A DNA stretch of 64,000 nucleotides. It comes from Cyanidioschyzon merolae. Taxonomy: Eukaryota. The position numbers and the translations under genes were made by a program. The stretch lies in assembly GCA_000091205.1 (NCBI GenBank), contig AP006499.2. The stretch is one strand, 5' to 3'. The notes beneath the pieces are model-generated. The model searched no databases. It was not told the DNA's origin and worked only from the letters and a program-made list of their open reading frames with translations. Positions 42,218-54,361 of the stretch are shown in pieces (the first letter of the stretch is position 1; each line of letters opens with the position of its first letter).

Positions 42218-42899
42218 CCAACGTGACAGCAAGGCAGCAGCGCTGCGCGCCCGCATCGTTGCCCGTCCGCAGTGACTCGGGCGTCGACGACGACGACGAC
42301 GGCGAAGAAACGGAACTCGAGTGCTGCGGGCGCGTGACGGCGGGAGCGCTGGGCGCGCGCGCGCGCTGAGATCATCTTGCCGGACTCGTCGTTTTCGACG
42401 TGCAGCAGTGAGGGTCTATCGATATATGTAGGTGGATTTGGGATTTTTGGGTCATCTTTTGGGGTGGTTCGCTTGACGCTTTGCGGTTGGAATGAAGTTA
42501 GGTTACCGTAAACGAGCTGATTCGCAGTGCCATGGAACAGGGTTCGAAAACGATCTGGTATTATGATGCAGTACACAAGGTGCACAGCGCCACGCTTCGC
42601 GTTGTTTTCCCGTGAATCATGCATTACACGAGCATTCTTCGAGATTTTTACGGCTGTGTTTCATGGAAACCCGTAGGCACAGTGATTCGGGCCGATGGAT
42701 TTACAAGAAAAACGTTCGGCCTCGTTTCTTGACGACTTGTTCACAAGCTCTTGTCGAATGTTCACTGAAATACGAAGGTAAAATAATCGACTCCGTTCGA
42801 GAGAAAAATCCAAGGCTCTATGTGGCCATGGATGAAGCGGCGTTCGATAGCAGCATGATGCCTCTTAGGGGCTATGCTGCCGGAGGCCCTGGTGTCTTC

Positions 42900-43520
42900 A
42901 GTTTTCATGGAACGGGGTCTTGGACCTCGACTTGAGTCATCGAAGCGATCGTTACCAGGGGAGCGCGCGTCACCGCTTCGCAAAAAAGGAGCATGAACGG
43001 ATCGAAATTACTCGATTTTTCCTCCAAACTGGATTTCTGTTTTCGCACTTGTTCCATCGCAGAAAACATTGCGCTCCATAAACCCTCAGTAGAATGGAAC
43101 AACGTGCGCCGGATTGTGCGATCGATAGAGAACTTGTCGGGGAATCGTCCAGAAAAAGCCCGTGATCGCTGGTACAGCGTCGAGGGCGTTATCGAAGGAG
43201 GGTATCGACCATCATCCGCTGTGCTCGTCAAGGGCATGTACCGAGTGATAAAGCGTGCCTTTATGCGCCATAGGCCGGTGCCCAGAGAAGTACATACGGT
43301 GGACATGTCGGAACGCATTCAAGTTTCGCGGCTGCGACAGATTCTATACAAAGAAGATAAAAACGAGAATCGAATCGTAGATTGCAACTTTTGCATCTGC
43401 ATGAAATGCGTAAACAACATACGGAAGCCGATTAGGTATGCCGGTAGCACTCGTATGAATATCCTTCGACTGCTGACAAAAGAGCAGGAGCAACGAGAGA
43501 ATCCGGCGGATTGAAAGCCC
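42900..43520. repeat. R-family repeat, diverged copy R4 (same orientation as R1/R2)
   Basis: Minus ORF 42905..43318 (...TRYMPLTSTADDG...RTLFHSTEGLWSAMFSAMEQV...FDPFMLLFCEAVTRAP) aligns with R1 ORFs 7013..7252 and 6732..7133 (AQYMPLTNEEG...RTLFLSVDGTWSAMLSTMKQL...IERCTLTPCKAVTSAT). Plus ORF 42993..43514 (NIALHKPSVEWNNVRR...PSSAVLVKGMY) aligns with R1 plus ORFs 6904.. and 6975.. (NIALHVPSTERNSVRF...PSSFVKGMY). The shared 16-mer aagcccgtgatcgctg is present. In R4 the two R1 frames are in one frame. Confidence 0.6.
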
Positions 43521-44470
43521 GGCATAAGAGAGAGGGGATGAAAACAGTCGTAGAAAAAGCCGGCAAACGCTGGTTCGATGACAATGTGAAGAGACCAATA
43601 CCCTTGCGCGTACACCCGAGTTAGCAAAGTGGACCGGTTCCATTCCATTCTGGAATGGGTGTATCTCAGTGCTCGCGTGTTGATGGCACTGGGAAGCGAC
43701 CCAACGTTCAATGTGTACGTCCGAGCTGGAACACCTCTTCCACGCTAGTCTGGCAAGAGAGTATCTCAGATTTCGCGTATTGCCAGAGTCGGAGCGGGCG
43801 TCCCGCGCACTACCGACGGCCCAGGGAATGCGCCTGATCACCGCATCGCAGCTACAGCTGGAGCCTGCAGCCTGATGCACAGAAGCGTGGCGCATCTGGA
43901 TCGCTACCCTGCGGCTACCGCTGCCATCGTTCTGCACCTGTGGTCCTATTGTCCATGCAGGGTACACCATTTACCACGCGACGACGGCTACTGGATACCG
44001 CGCCTACGGATGTGGCTGGCCCCCAGCCGACCACGCGTTGCATGTTGGCAGCCCGCTGTGGCATCGAAACCGCGGGTTCCGCGGCAAACGGCCGTGCCAA
44101 TGTCGCGCCCTGATCGGGCCTCGCACAGCCTGCACCAGTGTGCACGCTCCAGCACGGCGCCAGCACGGCACTTGACGTGTTCACCGGTAACCCGCCATTC
44201 AATGTTAAATGCAAATTTAGCTTATCTCGTCGTTCCATTTAGTATTTCAGCAGCACAAAACATACGAAACGCCCAGCGTCAACGCAAACGATCCCACGAC
44301 GCGATCCATGGAATGTTGTGTGCAGTGATGTGTACGCGTGAACACATGTCACGACCTAGCCAGCATCCGTCAACTGCGTACCAGGATTGAAGCTCGTCCG
44401 CGATTCGACGGACGTATTGGCATCCATAGAAACCCCGTGCGCGTTGCCGCTACTCACAGTGTCGCGAGGA

Positions 44471-47400
44471 TCACAATACAGTCGTCAACGTCGACGATGG
44501 CGCCACGGACACTGCGACGCCAGCCTCGCGCACACGCATCGTTCCGGGTGACGTAACCGCACGTGCGGTGCTTGCGTCCTTTCCGGTACTTGGGTCCAGG
44601 CGCAGCGCACGATACCGACCCTGACAACGAATGAGAAGACGCCTCCCATTCGAGGATGCATCCATCCAGGCCGCGCACGCACGCATCACCACGAGCTCGT
44701 GATCGCCCGCATCGACGAGTGCGTGCACCTCCGCGGCGAGCACCGCCGCCGCATCGCCGATTGCCGCACGAACGCTCTGCGTTACCGCTGGAGGCACCGC
44801 AGTCGCGGCGGACGCGGTACCCGTACGGAGCTCCGTGTCGAAGCGCACCTCGGCGACATATGTGCCGTCGTCGAAGCGTGACGTCAAGGCAGGTATGCCG
44901 CCGCCCTGTCGTGCATTCAGAATCTGGATACCAATGGTGACAGGCGCAGCAGGCGGCGTGCTTGTCGAGTAGGCCTCGCGGAGGCACCGCGCGAACGCTG
45001 CATCGCGTTGTATGTTGCACGACAGGAATGCAGCCGTGCGAGACGATGCGCTGCAGCGGAGCGATGTGACGCAGAGCCACTGCACGCTGCAGTCGGGGCG
45101 CTGCAGCGTCAGCACCGCAACCGCTTTGGGTAGGGCGCTTGCAAAGCGCCTGAGCTCCTCGGCTCGTTCAGCGGGTTCGCTTGCAGGTGCTCGGGGTACA
45201 CAACGCAGCTCGATCGTTCCGAGCTGATTCTGGAAATAGAGCAGCAGCCGCATCGGGTCTGGTGTGCCGAACGTCAGCTGCTGAACCTCGGCTACCACGA
45301 GATATTCGCCGAATTCTGGTGTCAGTGGATGCGTACGACGGACGTTGACCTGTAGCGCTGGTGCGCTAGGCAGCGCATCGCGTTCCAAGTTCAGGTCCGT
45401 GAGGTGCACCAACGAGCCGCAGGCCTGGGAAGCGCCGCGCATTCGGGCGAGCGCGAAGATTCGCTCGACCAGTGGCTGATGCGCATTCGTTAGAAGGTAC
45501 AGGGACAGCGCATCGGGTAAACCAATGTGACCGTGAGCGCTCAGCGCGACGTCTTCATGGATAGGCTTCTCGTCGCCACTGCAGGTATCTGCGGGTTGCG
45601 TGCACGACCTCACGTCATCGACAACCATGTGAAAAGAAACGCACGGCGGTGAAAGCGAACAGACTGCAACCGTGTCGACGAGTGCAATTCCGAGCGTATT
45701 CGTTGATGGCAGCGCTGCGACGACAAGAAATAGGACACGCGGTAGGAGCGCTGCTGCCGCTGAGCAGGCCATGAAACCGGTCTTCAACTCGGGTAGGATG
45801 CGCGGGCTTGCCGCACGCGGTGTGCTCTCTATGCGCGGCCCCTTTTCGAATTCAGACCGCATCAGAACGGCAACCGAGGGTAATGGCTGAAACGGAGGCA
45901 CATAAAAGACGCTTCGCTCGCTTTTCGCCGCGTTCTTGGAGTATATCTGCCTCGTGACCAGACAGTATGCAAGAACTTGTGGGTGCCCTTGCAACCATTC
46001 AGCCGCGTCCGATGCCTTCTGAAACGTCATTGCTGCGGTGGCCAGAGCGTCCGCTGTGGCTGCATCCTTTGCAAGCACCGTCGCCGACGCTATCGAATCC
46101 TTGGTGGCCCGCTGGACGCGTCTCGTGAGCGGGCACAATATATGATAGAAGCCGAAACGCTCCATCTGGTAGTAATCTCCAGACGTAGCGAGTCCGAAGC
46201 CTTCATCACTGTCTTCGAATGCCAGCGAAAAGGCTGCATCCTTGAGGCACGGTATCCACGTCCGCGCTCCGTGTTTCCATCCGGAAAACAGTTGCTCTAG
46301 CGGTGGCGGGCGAATCACCAGCGTTCGCCACGGGCGACCACTGGGATGTCGTCCCCAGGCCCTAATTTCGCTACCCCAGTCCAGAAATGCTCCAACAAGT
46401 TGATAAGCGCCCTCCGGCGAATCAGCGGATACTGCTGCGCTCTCCGCACCAGAGACACTCGATTCAAGGCCGCCAGCCGCCGGCGATATCCTATTCTCTA
46501 GCGATTTTCCATTATTATCTGTTGCTGGTGCTGCTGCAGGAGCAACAAGTTCGCTAGATTGTAGCTTTGATTGATCGTCCAGCCGCAGACGCTCTGCTCC
46601 AAAGCGCTCTCGCAAAGTCCTGTCAATCTGATCAATGATCCAGCCTTTCAGCATCCCATCCAGATCGATACACACACCGCTGCGCGTCAGCACAAGCGCA
46701 CCGGGGTGTCCCGGGCGCGGTGCTTGCAACCGCACGAGCTCAGACCATCCGACCTTTTCCCAATCAAGTTGAAAACGCTCTTCCTTGGGGGGGGCGCTGC
46801 AGAGCACTGCTGCGCAGCGTCGCCCTGAAACCACGCCACAGCGCACCGCATGTCGGATCGAAACGCCCACCAGTGACCCGATGCAAACGATGCGCCTCTG
46901 CCAACAATGCGTACAAAATTGTACCAACTTCGACAGCCTTTTTCGGATGCGCGCTGCTGCACGCTGCGCTCAGCTCCGAGTCGGGATTCCACCGATTCGC
47001 GATGCGTTCGCAAGCGTGCATGTGGGCGCGCAAGCACGCGTGCACTGCGCGTAAGAGCGACTCGGGAACGCAAGCGTCCATCACGCATTCGGGTGCAGCG
47101 GACGATGCACCCAAAGCCGCCCAGTGCATCTGAAGTTGCAATGCGATTCCGAACGCCTTGCCTGAAAACACGACAAGCACGCGATCTTGGTAAGCTTGCT
47201 GGACAACGGAATCGAGCGATAGATCGAGCGGCGACGGGGGCGCGCCGATGCCGCCCGCCGCCGCTCCCTCGTTCGTGGCATCTGATGTAGCATCGAACCG
47301 ACACCAGGCGTCATCGTGGGCGTTAAGCACCTCCTGGTGCACCGCTGCGCCATCTTCCGCAACGAGGTCCGCTGAGGAATCCTCCATACTATACGCTGCC

Positions 47401-47528
47401 TTGGGCTGACGCTCATCGTGCAAGTCATCAATGCCAGACGCGGTGGACAACGAATCATAGGCGCCGGCAGAGCGCTCTTCGTTAACTTCGAGATATCCGC
47501 CTTCCGGTACTGAGAAGAGACAACCCAT
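44471..47528 (-). CDS. ApbE-like FAD:protein FMN transferase domain fused to a ~490-aa C-terminal region of unknown function. There is a frame break near 46764-46927
   Basis: ORF 46764..47543 (track start TTG; first ATG at 47528 gives MGCLFSVPEG) carries the ApbE N-terminal motifs (RIANRWNPDSELSAAC ~ S-x-[FY]-x-P-x-S-E-[LI]-S-x-[LI]-N, and GGRFDPTCGALWRGF ~ G-x-F-D-P-T-[VI]-G-x-L-x-x-L-W). ORF 44471..46927 continues in another frame with IDLDGMLKGWIIDQI (~D-L-G-G-I-A-K-G) and SGDYYQMERFGFYHILCPLTRR (~S-G-x-Y-E-R...H-H-I-x-D-P-x-T-G). The two overlap over 46764-46927, which implies a +1/-1 shift, a short intron or a sequencing error. Confidence 0.5.
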
Positions 47529-48189
47529 GACCGCCAAGCTCAAGCCCTAAAACGAAACTCTTGTTCAAGAGTCTCTCGCAAAGCGAGCACTAATCACGCT
47601 GCAAACCACCAACACACATGCACGATCTATGTCTTTGTCAACTGAACGAAGCTCCATGCCAGGGCGAGCCACGTGTACGAGGACTGCGAGCGCGACGCCG
47701 CACGTCCGTCCGCCGCTCGAACACGACATGCGGCACGCGTGCGAAACGACGCCTGGCACCGGCTGCAAACACGCGATCGCCACGCGCGGCACACGCTGGG
47801 AATCGCTTCCGAGAGCAGTGCATGGTGATTATGGGCGTTTGTTACCATGAAGTTCAGAAAGGTGGAGATTCGTGATTCTAGCTCTGCGATTCGTCGAACA
47901 GTGCCCAGTGCGCAGCGCGCACGATGGGGCAACGCCGGCTGTCATCAGCGCCTCGAAGCAATTGAACAGCAGCTCGAAGGCACGACGAGTAGAAACTGAC
48001 CATTTACTAGGAACGAAGGGAGAGTGCTTCGTTATCCATGCGCGGCAAGGGATGAGAGGTGGTAGATTTTTGCGTGAATAGGAAACTTTACTTGGTGGGC
48101 GTAAGCTCCCGCGATCCGGGCTCGTACGCGGTGCGTACCCGCAGTGGCGAGTGCGTTGGCGACGCCCGAGCAGTTCGTCCGCAACCCAG

Positions 48190-48400
48190 TGTTTTCTGGG
48201 ACGAGGAGAAAGGTGCCTGGCGTCTGGGCATCGCCCTGACCTCTATCGTCCTGTAGCGTGTCGTTTCGTGCTATCTCGAGCACTAGGTCTATTTGAGCGG
48301 CCTGCGGGATCCCGGGATAACGAAGCAATTCGAACACGAGTCTCATGAACCACACCTCGAGCTGGCGCCTTCCGTAGTATGGCGAAACCGCTCCGTATTC
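48190..48400. repeat. ~210-bp segment related to 29700..29930
   Basis: See 29700..29930. Minus ORF 48032..48424 carries PYYGRRQLEVWF...QAAQIDLVLEIARNDTLQDDRGQGDAQT, parallel to PYYGGRLLEVWF...QAAQIDVLPMAARSDILGDHCDQGDAQT. Confidence 0.65.
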
Positions 48401-49266
48401 TTGCTGTGTCCGTAGCGGTGCCACAGGTGCTACTGGGAGCGCTCAAGCCAAGCTCGGCGCACGATAAAACGTACGAAAAGAAGTATCTCCGAGAGGAAGT
48501 ATGCGAAATCGAACTGGGAGGTCTGGGGCCGTATAATGGTCGCTTTCCAGAATACGAATATCCATCGCGCAATCGAGGATCTCTGGTCGGTGGAAACGTT
48601 ACGCTTATCGAGAACATCAACGGCCGCACGTCGCTCAGGCGAGCAGTGTTTCCCAGTGTGCTGCTCATCCTGCGCTGGCAGCGTCACCGGTGCACGCAAC
48701 GCGCACGTGCAGTTGCTGGACGCCAAGAACGCCCAGAGCGTGCCCTGAAGCGGACAAGGTATCTAACAGGCCTCACACTGTCCAGAACAGTTGTAAAAAG
48801 CCGTTGGCCATGCCCACGCGTACCAATCCCCTGCTCCTGATACGAGCAGACGCGGACCGAGCGACACACAGTCGGCACAGCGCGCTGCGCTGTAGCCTGG
48901 TCCGAAACTTGAACCCTGGTGTCGGTCGGCGGCCAAACTGGCTAAGCTGCAGCGTTCGAGTCGGGTACCACGGCAACGATCTGCAACGAGCTCGACGGAC
49001 CGCAGAGGCTCCTGCATCATCTCTAGAGCCGGCGCGAGCGGGCAGGCAAGCGAGCTCGTGCGTGCACTCGACAGACGGTGCTCGCTGAAACGGCGTGACA
49101 CCTCGAAGGCACCTAGCGCACGCGCCGTACGAACTCGTTCACCATCGTGCGGCAGTGACGTCATGCATTGGATGTAGACCAGATCGCAGACCTCGACATA
49201 CGCTGCGCTCAATGTGATCCTTCAATCTCTCAAGCTCGAGCATGCGCGTGCGAACAAGCACCAGAC

Positions 49267-51921
49267 TCACAGAATCATGTACTGTGAATAGACCAGATCG
49301 CGAACGTCAAAGTACTCTGCGCTGAGTGATCCTTCAATCACCAAATCGTGCTGACGCTTCCGAACGAGCACAATACTCGGAGGCCGATCGTTCTCGACGC
49401 AAAGCGCCCCACCGGCAAACTCCGCCGGCATCAACGATTTGGTCATGATTTCCTTCAAATCGGAAAGTCGCAAATCTCCGACGAAAACATTAAGGTGTCC
49501 GACCTGCGTCCTTTCTGTTACGAGCGCGAACGTCGTCGTGTTAGCCGTGCGATCGCCATCGACTAGCGCTGTCGCTGCAGAGGCTGCGTCTGTTGTCTTC
49601 GCTGCCAACCAGGCTGCATCGACTCCGGACTCCGTGCCTTCGGGGAGCTGCTGCTCCTGCTCCGTCTGTCGCTCGACGGATACCAGGCGTAGCTGGCCGT
49701 CGGGATCGGTCTGGATATAGCCATCAAACCAGGCCAGTTCGTAATCCTGCATCCGCCGCCAGAAGCAACGTCGCAGCAGTGAATCATCGAGTTTGATCCG
49801 GTATACCGACGTGTCCGACGAGACATCGACCATCTCGCGCGCACGTGGCGCGTATAAACGCGTAAAGTTCTTCTTGCCCAGGTACTCGGTGAGCGCAGCC
49901 GTTTCGCGCTCGCTTCCGTGAATGATAATCACTCGCTGAGGTGCCATACTGACGATAAGTTGACGCAAGGAACGGCCATCAGCAAGCCCGGCCATATCAA
50001 AGTTGCGAACCGCGCACCGAATCGTTAGGTCATTGACGACATAGCGAACGAGTTTCGTGGGCAACGTTTCCAGCGCTCGACTCGTTGTCGAATCCGCAAC
50101 AGCCGCATCGTTGTCGTGGGCGGAGCTCCGGAAACGATCGCGACGGTGATAACTCCCCGGAGCATCAGCCGATGTTCTCTCTGGTCGCACAGACGGGGAC
50201 ACAGATGGCGACGGAGCTGTCGCCATGCGCTCGTCGTGGAACCCGTCGATGTTGTCAGTTTTGTGCGGCTCGAGGTCCATCGGCTCACCTTGGTCAGGCG
50301 CATGACGACTGAATGCGTTGTCCGCGCTCTTCGCGAGGCCCTCAAACGCGTCACCGTCGATGGTGCGGTCACCGGGGTCCTCTCCGATCATGTACCTAGC
50401 AGGATCGATGACCTCCCCGTACGCATCGTGGGGCGGTGGCTCGGGCTCCACATGCGGTAGCAGCAGACCAGCCTGAACGAGAGCTTGGTACCGCTGATTC
50501 ACATCATCCTCTTCCTCATCTTCGGCGACTCCGGGAAAATCCGGACCAAGCGCCTCATGGAGCTGGGCTGCATCACCAGCAACAAGCGCCTCGCCGAGCG
50601 GGCCCGAGCTAACGACCCGACCGCCACGCAACTTCTCGGCGACGGCCGTCGGAGCTACCATCGGCATCTCAGCGCTTTCCAGAGCAACTTCTGCTCCGAC
50701 AAAACGGGCTTTCTCTTGCTCCCGTTGCCATCGCTCAAGCTCCTCGCCCTGGAGTGGAACCCGCTCAGCATACGTGAGCGGTTCACGCACACGCAGTTTC
50801 TCCTTCTCCACTGCCAAGCGAAAGGCAAACGTGCCCGACTCGAGGCGATCGCTCATCAGCACCATAGCGCGTGGATCCGCTGCAATCCGTTGTAAGAATA
50901 GAACACGCGAGAATCCATAGTCAAGCGACGGCAACGGTGCCATGACGACTTTGGGACTCGGCAAGGCATCGGCCTGATCCAGCCCGTGAACAACCTGCAC
51001 GTGTCGCAAGCGGAAAGGATTCTCGCGCCTGCTATCAAAGGCACTCACCACCGCGTCGCTCATCCATTCAATCAGTGATTTGGCAAATTCAATGGTGTGG
51101 ATACCAACGTGTTGTGCAAACACCACCGGATAGAGCGCAGCAACATCCGGGTGTGCAGTCCAGAATTCATCAGCGGCTACCAAGAGCTCCAGACAACGAC
51201 CAGCAGAGTCCACAGGCATGAGCACGTCCCCGCCTCCGCGTAGCGTTTCGACAACTGCCTCCCACAGGTCTGTTTCTTTCTTCTGGGATGGAGCAGTGAG
51301 TACGCCGCTTGCGCCCACAATGAGGTGGCTCGGTTTGGTGATCAACTGCGGCGTGGAGGCGCAGCCGTTCAGCAGGCGCTCCCTCCGATGGTTGACATCC
51401 ACACAGTAAACGATCTCTTCGGACTCTTTCTGGAATTTCCATATCGCACCACCGAGTAGGTGTCCCGCGGGATACGCCGTAGCGAAAACGTTCTGAGCGA
51501 GCTCAATGACTTGCTGGTACTTAACAGGGCGCATCCGTTCGAAGGCTTCATCGACGTCATCGAGGGTGAAGGTTTCAAAGTCTTCACCGTAGTACCGGTG
51601 CTGGTGTGCGTCGTAAAGAAACATCTGCCCTAGGATCTGCACTGGTGTTGTTGCATAGATGGGTACGCTCGCTGGGAGGCCGAGCTTCCCCACGAGGTAC
51701 GGCAGCGCACCCAAGTGAGCCAAGTCGGGATGCGTCAGGAAAACCGCATCAATACCACGAGTAATGACCGGCCGAAGTGGTTCCAGAAGAGCAACATCAA
51801 AGCGATCGTTCCACCCGCAGTCCAGGAGAAAAACCCCGTCGTCGATCTCGAGCACTGTGCAGAGCGGCGGTGCGGACGTGTGCGCTCCGTACAAAGGCGT
51901 TACGCGTATCGATGAAGCCAT
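49267..51921 (-). CDS. CPSF2: cleavage and polyadenylation specificity factor subunit 2 (CPSF-100)
   Basis: 884 aa, ATG start. The N-terminal metallo-beta-lactamase fold has a degenerate zinc motif (LLDCGWNDRFDVALLEPL...IDAVFLTHPDLAHLGALPYLVGKLGL...IYATTPVQILGQMFLYDAHQ versus human LLDCGWDEHF...[26 protein letters not shown]...IYATIPVYKMGQMFMYD). HPDLAH stands in place of the HxHxDH of CPSF-73. There are beta-CASP and acidic/low-complexity insertions, and the conserved C-terminus VRDLVYSQYMIL matches IRDLLYEQYAIV. Confidence 0.9.
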   Translation of the reverse strand: MASSIRVTPLYGAHTSAPPLCTVLEIDDGVFLLDCGWNDRFDVALLEPLRPVITRGIDAVFLTHPDLAHLGALPYLVGKLGLPASVPIYATTPVQILGQMFLYDAHQHRYYGEDFETFTLDDVDEAFERMRPVKYQQVIELAQNVFATAYPAGHLLGGAIWKFQKESEEIVYCVDVNHRRERLLNGCASTPQLITKPSHLIVGASGVLTAPSQKKETDLWEAVVETLRGGGDVLMPVDSAGRCLELLVAADEFWTAHPDVAALYPVVFAQHVGIHTIEFAKSLIEWMSDAVVSAFDSRRENPFRLRHVQVVHGLDQADALPSPKVVMAPLPSLDYGFSRVLFLQRIAADPRAMVLMSDRLESGTFAFRLAVEKEKLRVREPLTYAERVPLQGEELERWQREQEKARFVGAEVALESAEMPMVAPTAVAEKLRGGRVVSSGPLGEALVAGDAAQLHEALGPDFPGVAEDEEEDDVNQRYQALVQAGLLLPHVEPEPPPHDAYGEVIDPARYMIGEDPGDRTIDGDAFEGLAKSADNAFSRHAPDQGEPMDLEPHKTDNIDGFHDERMATAPSPSVSPSVRPERTSADAPGSYHRRDRFRSSAHDNDAAVADSTTSRALETLPTKLVRYVVNDLTIRCAVRNFDMAGLADGRSLRQLIVSMAPQRVIIIHGSERETAALTEYLGKKNFTRLYAPRAREMVDVSSDTSVYRIKLDDSLLRRCFWRRMQDYELAWFDGYIQTDPDGQLRLVSVERQTEQEQQLPEGTESGVDAAWLAAKTTDAASAATALVDGDRTANTTTFALVTERTQVGHLNVFVGDLRLSDLKEIMTKSLMPAEFAGGALCVENDRPPSIVLVRKRQHDLVIEGSLSAEYFDVRDLVYSQYMIL

Positions 51922-53665
51922 GAGTTTTAACAGTTAGACTAGCGCATGAGAACGTTTCCGCGTTGACTCTGCAGACAAACGCCCAGGTATCACCGTCAAC
52001 AGGCACCTCCGGGGCGCTAAGACGCAGGTTCGCTCCCAGGTTCTGCTCTCTCAGAAGGGCTAGCGTAACGCCGCTTCGTTTGCTGGCTCGTGACGGCTCC
52101 AGCGCGCCGCACCTGCAGGTACACGAAACCGTTCACAGTGCTGAAGATTACGCTTTTCCAGGTGCAACGCTCTTTGAGGTTGAACAGTCTTGTGATCCGC
52201 TCGTTTAGACGAATACACGCGAGCACGCGTCGAGATGTTCGAAGTTGTCCAACAGTGGATTGTTCTCGCGATGGGCAACGGCCTTGATACGAGACGCTGC
52301 AGAGGATACGACATTGGGTGCATGGGGTTCCCGAAGGAACGCATATTCGTTGTTGATGGAACCTGAGTGGTTTAGAGCTGACTGGTGGTTCTTTAGCCGG
52401 ACACCGATAACATTCGCATTGTTGGGGAACCCTGGTCAGTGCGACCCGATCTCCGACTTCAAAATACGTACGTTGCAGATTTCCGAGGTCAATGAAGCAA
52501 TGTCTGACGCAAGTAAACGGGTCATCTACATAGTCTACAGCAGTGTGTAGCGTTGCGGCGCACGCGGCTGGCCCTACGGAGTCAACGAAGGTGTTTGGAG
52601 CGGCAAGGCCACTGCGCGCGGTTGCTTGTGGTCGACCTACTGTTCTGAGAGCGTGCACTAGACATCGAAACCAGTACGATGAACGCAAGTCCGGCGATGC
52701 CAGGTTCCCGCAAAGTATTCGTAAGTTTCGAATCGATCCGTGCGTACACGAAACAGGTGCGTAGCGGGCATGTACGCTGTCCTGGGGTTGCTGAAACTCG
52801 CTTGTGTTTTCCGAGCGTATTGTCGACCCCGGTCAGCCACCGGTCGAAGTTTATTGTTCGAGAATGGACTGTGAGGTCCTGGCAGGACTCGGACGTGTCT
52901 GGTGAAGCGCATCACGTTTCGCGAAAGCAAGTCATATCAAGGGGTCTACGCTATATACGTCCTGGCAACAAGGCTACGGAATATCTGTAAGAGACTCGTG
53001 CATGCGTTCCGCCTAGACCTTTCCGCTGCCCGATGAGGAGCCGCCTCATGCTGAATTCTTCTGTTCCTAAAACAAGACTGAGTCGTAGTGGGTTTACCAC
53101 CCGTGATTTGCCCTAGAACATGCTACGAGAGCGCACGTCTCCGCGAGAGCCAAACCATGAGCATATATGCATCTTGCAGACGCTTTCAGGTCGCAGCTGG
53201 TGATTTCAAATCATAGCTCTGGTTATGGGGCATCTCATATCAACCAGTACCTCCCGGGGCCGGGTCCTCTGATCACGCGATGCACAAACACGTCGGATCC
53301 GTTCGATAGGAACCAAGGGGAGATGCTGATGGTCAGCACAGATGCTCCTCCATTCGAGCGCACAATCGCTGTTATCTTCGCAGCCAGCACCTGCCCATAC
53401 GTAAGGCCTGCTAAGAAACATGGTGCCCGAACACGCGTCGCTTCGTTTCCTAGGCATAAACGCTTGCCGTAAACCGGATCAACATGCACCTCCAGAATCA
53501 ACGAGCCGCCAGTACCTATTCGATGCACTCGCGTCCCGAGTCGGGCCAGCAGCGCGCTCCGTGCAGGTGTTTCCGTGACAACGCCATGAGAGACTAACCG
53601 CCGAGACCGTGGCCTCAGAACGCGACTGCCATTGCCGGGGCATGTGGATGCTCGAACGTCGGTAT

Positions 53666-54361
53666 TCAAAAGGTCATGCGATGCGGATATTGGCCCTTGG
53701 TCAGCGTGAACCGGCTCGAAAGGTATTCGCGGAGCAAAGGAATTCCTTCAACAGCTTTCATCACCTGTCCGTCGATCTGCTTCTGTAGGTTCTTCTTTTC
53801 CTCCGGGAGGCACTGTTTTACAGTCGATTCGCCACCGGAACCGTCCGCGCCGCGCAAGCGGGCTTTCTTTCGCTCCTCGCGAGCCTTGCGAGCACCCTTT
53901 GTGAACCACGTATCGTCAACGGAGCTCGTATCGATACCACTTATATCCACCCGCGTTTTCGTCGCAATCACATAAACCTGATTAACTCGTCGAAGCGGTA
54001 CGCCGTTCAGTGCAAACGGTCCCGTAACCAGCAGGAGGCCAGAGTGCTCCAACTGCCGCAGAAACACCACCCGTTTCCCTCGAAACCGCCCAGCCAACAT
54101 GATAAGAACCGTTCCAGGCTGTATCGAGTTGCGCAACCGCGTGCGCTGCTTCTGGGAACGCTTCTTTGCGCTGGTATGCAGCCGACGCACCCGCGCATCA
54201 ACTGGATAAAAGCTTGGTTTCCGCTTCGGTGCGCGCTCAGAAGGCTTCAGCTCGATGACATTCCCTGTGCCGGAAATGATGGCCGCCTGTTCTTTGATCG
54301 CAGCCTGCAGTGCTGCATCACGTTCGGCACGTTCGGAGGAACCTTTTGTGAAGACGCTCAT
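53666..54361 (-). CDS. RPL6: 60S ribosomal protein L6 (eL6)
   Basis: The ORF runs to 54403, but the product starts at the internal ATG giving MSVFTKGSSERAERDAALQAAIKEQ. It is lysine/arginine-rich and has the KOW-like core PGTVLIMLAGRFRGKRVVFLRQLEHSGLLLVTGPFALNGVPLRRVNQVYVIATKTRVDISG and the eL6 C-terminus SSRFTLTKGQYPHRMTF. Confidence 0.85.
   Translation of the reverse strand: MSVFTKGSSERAERDAALQAAIKEQAAIISGTGNVIELKPSERAPKRKPSFYPVDARVRRLHTSAKKRSQKQRTRLRNSIQPGTVLIMLAGRFRGKRVVFLRQLEHSGLLLVTGPFALNGVPLRRVNQVYVIATKTRVDISGIDTSSVDDTWFTKGARKAREERKKARLRGADGSGGESTVKQCLPEEKKNLQKQIDGQVMKAVEGIPLLREYLSSRFTLTKGQYPHRMTF

Noticed and set aside
43344-43970. A fifth Fanzor-like relic (GMEPVHFANSGVRARVL in ORF 43344..43970)
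   Set aside because: Only a weak, gapped resemblance to the RMEFANKDFNAAINI block. No RuvC-I counterpart was found. It is kept as a low-confidence remark in the R4 finding and not called as a feature.
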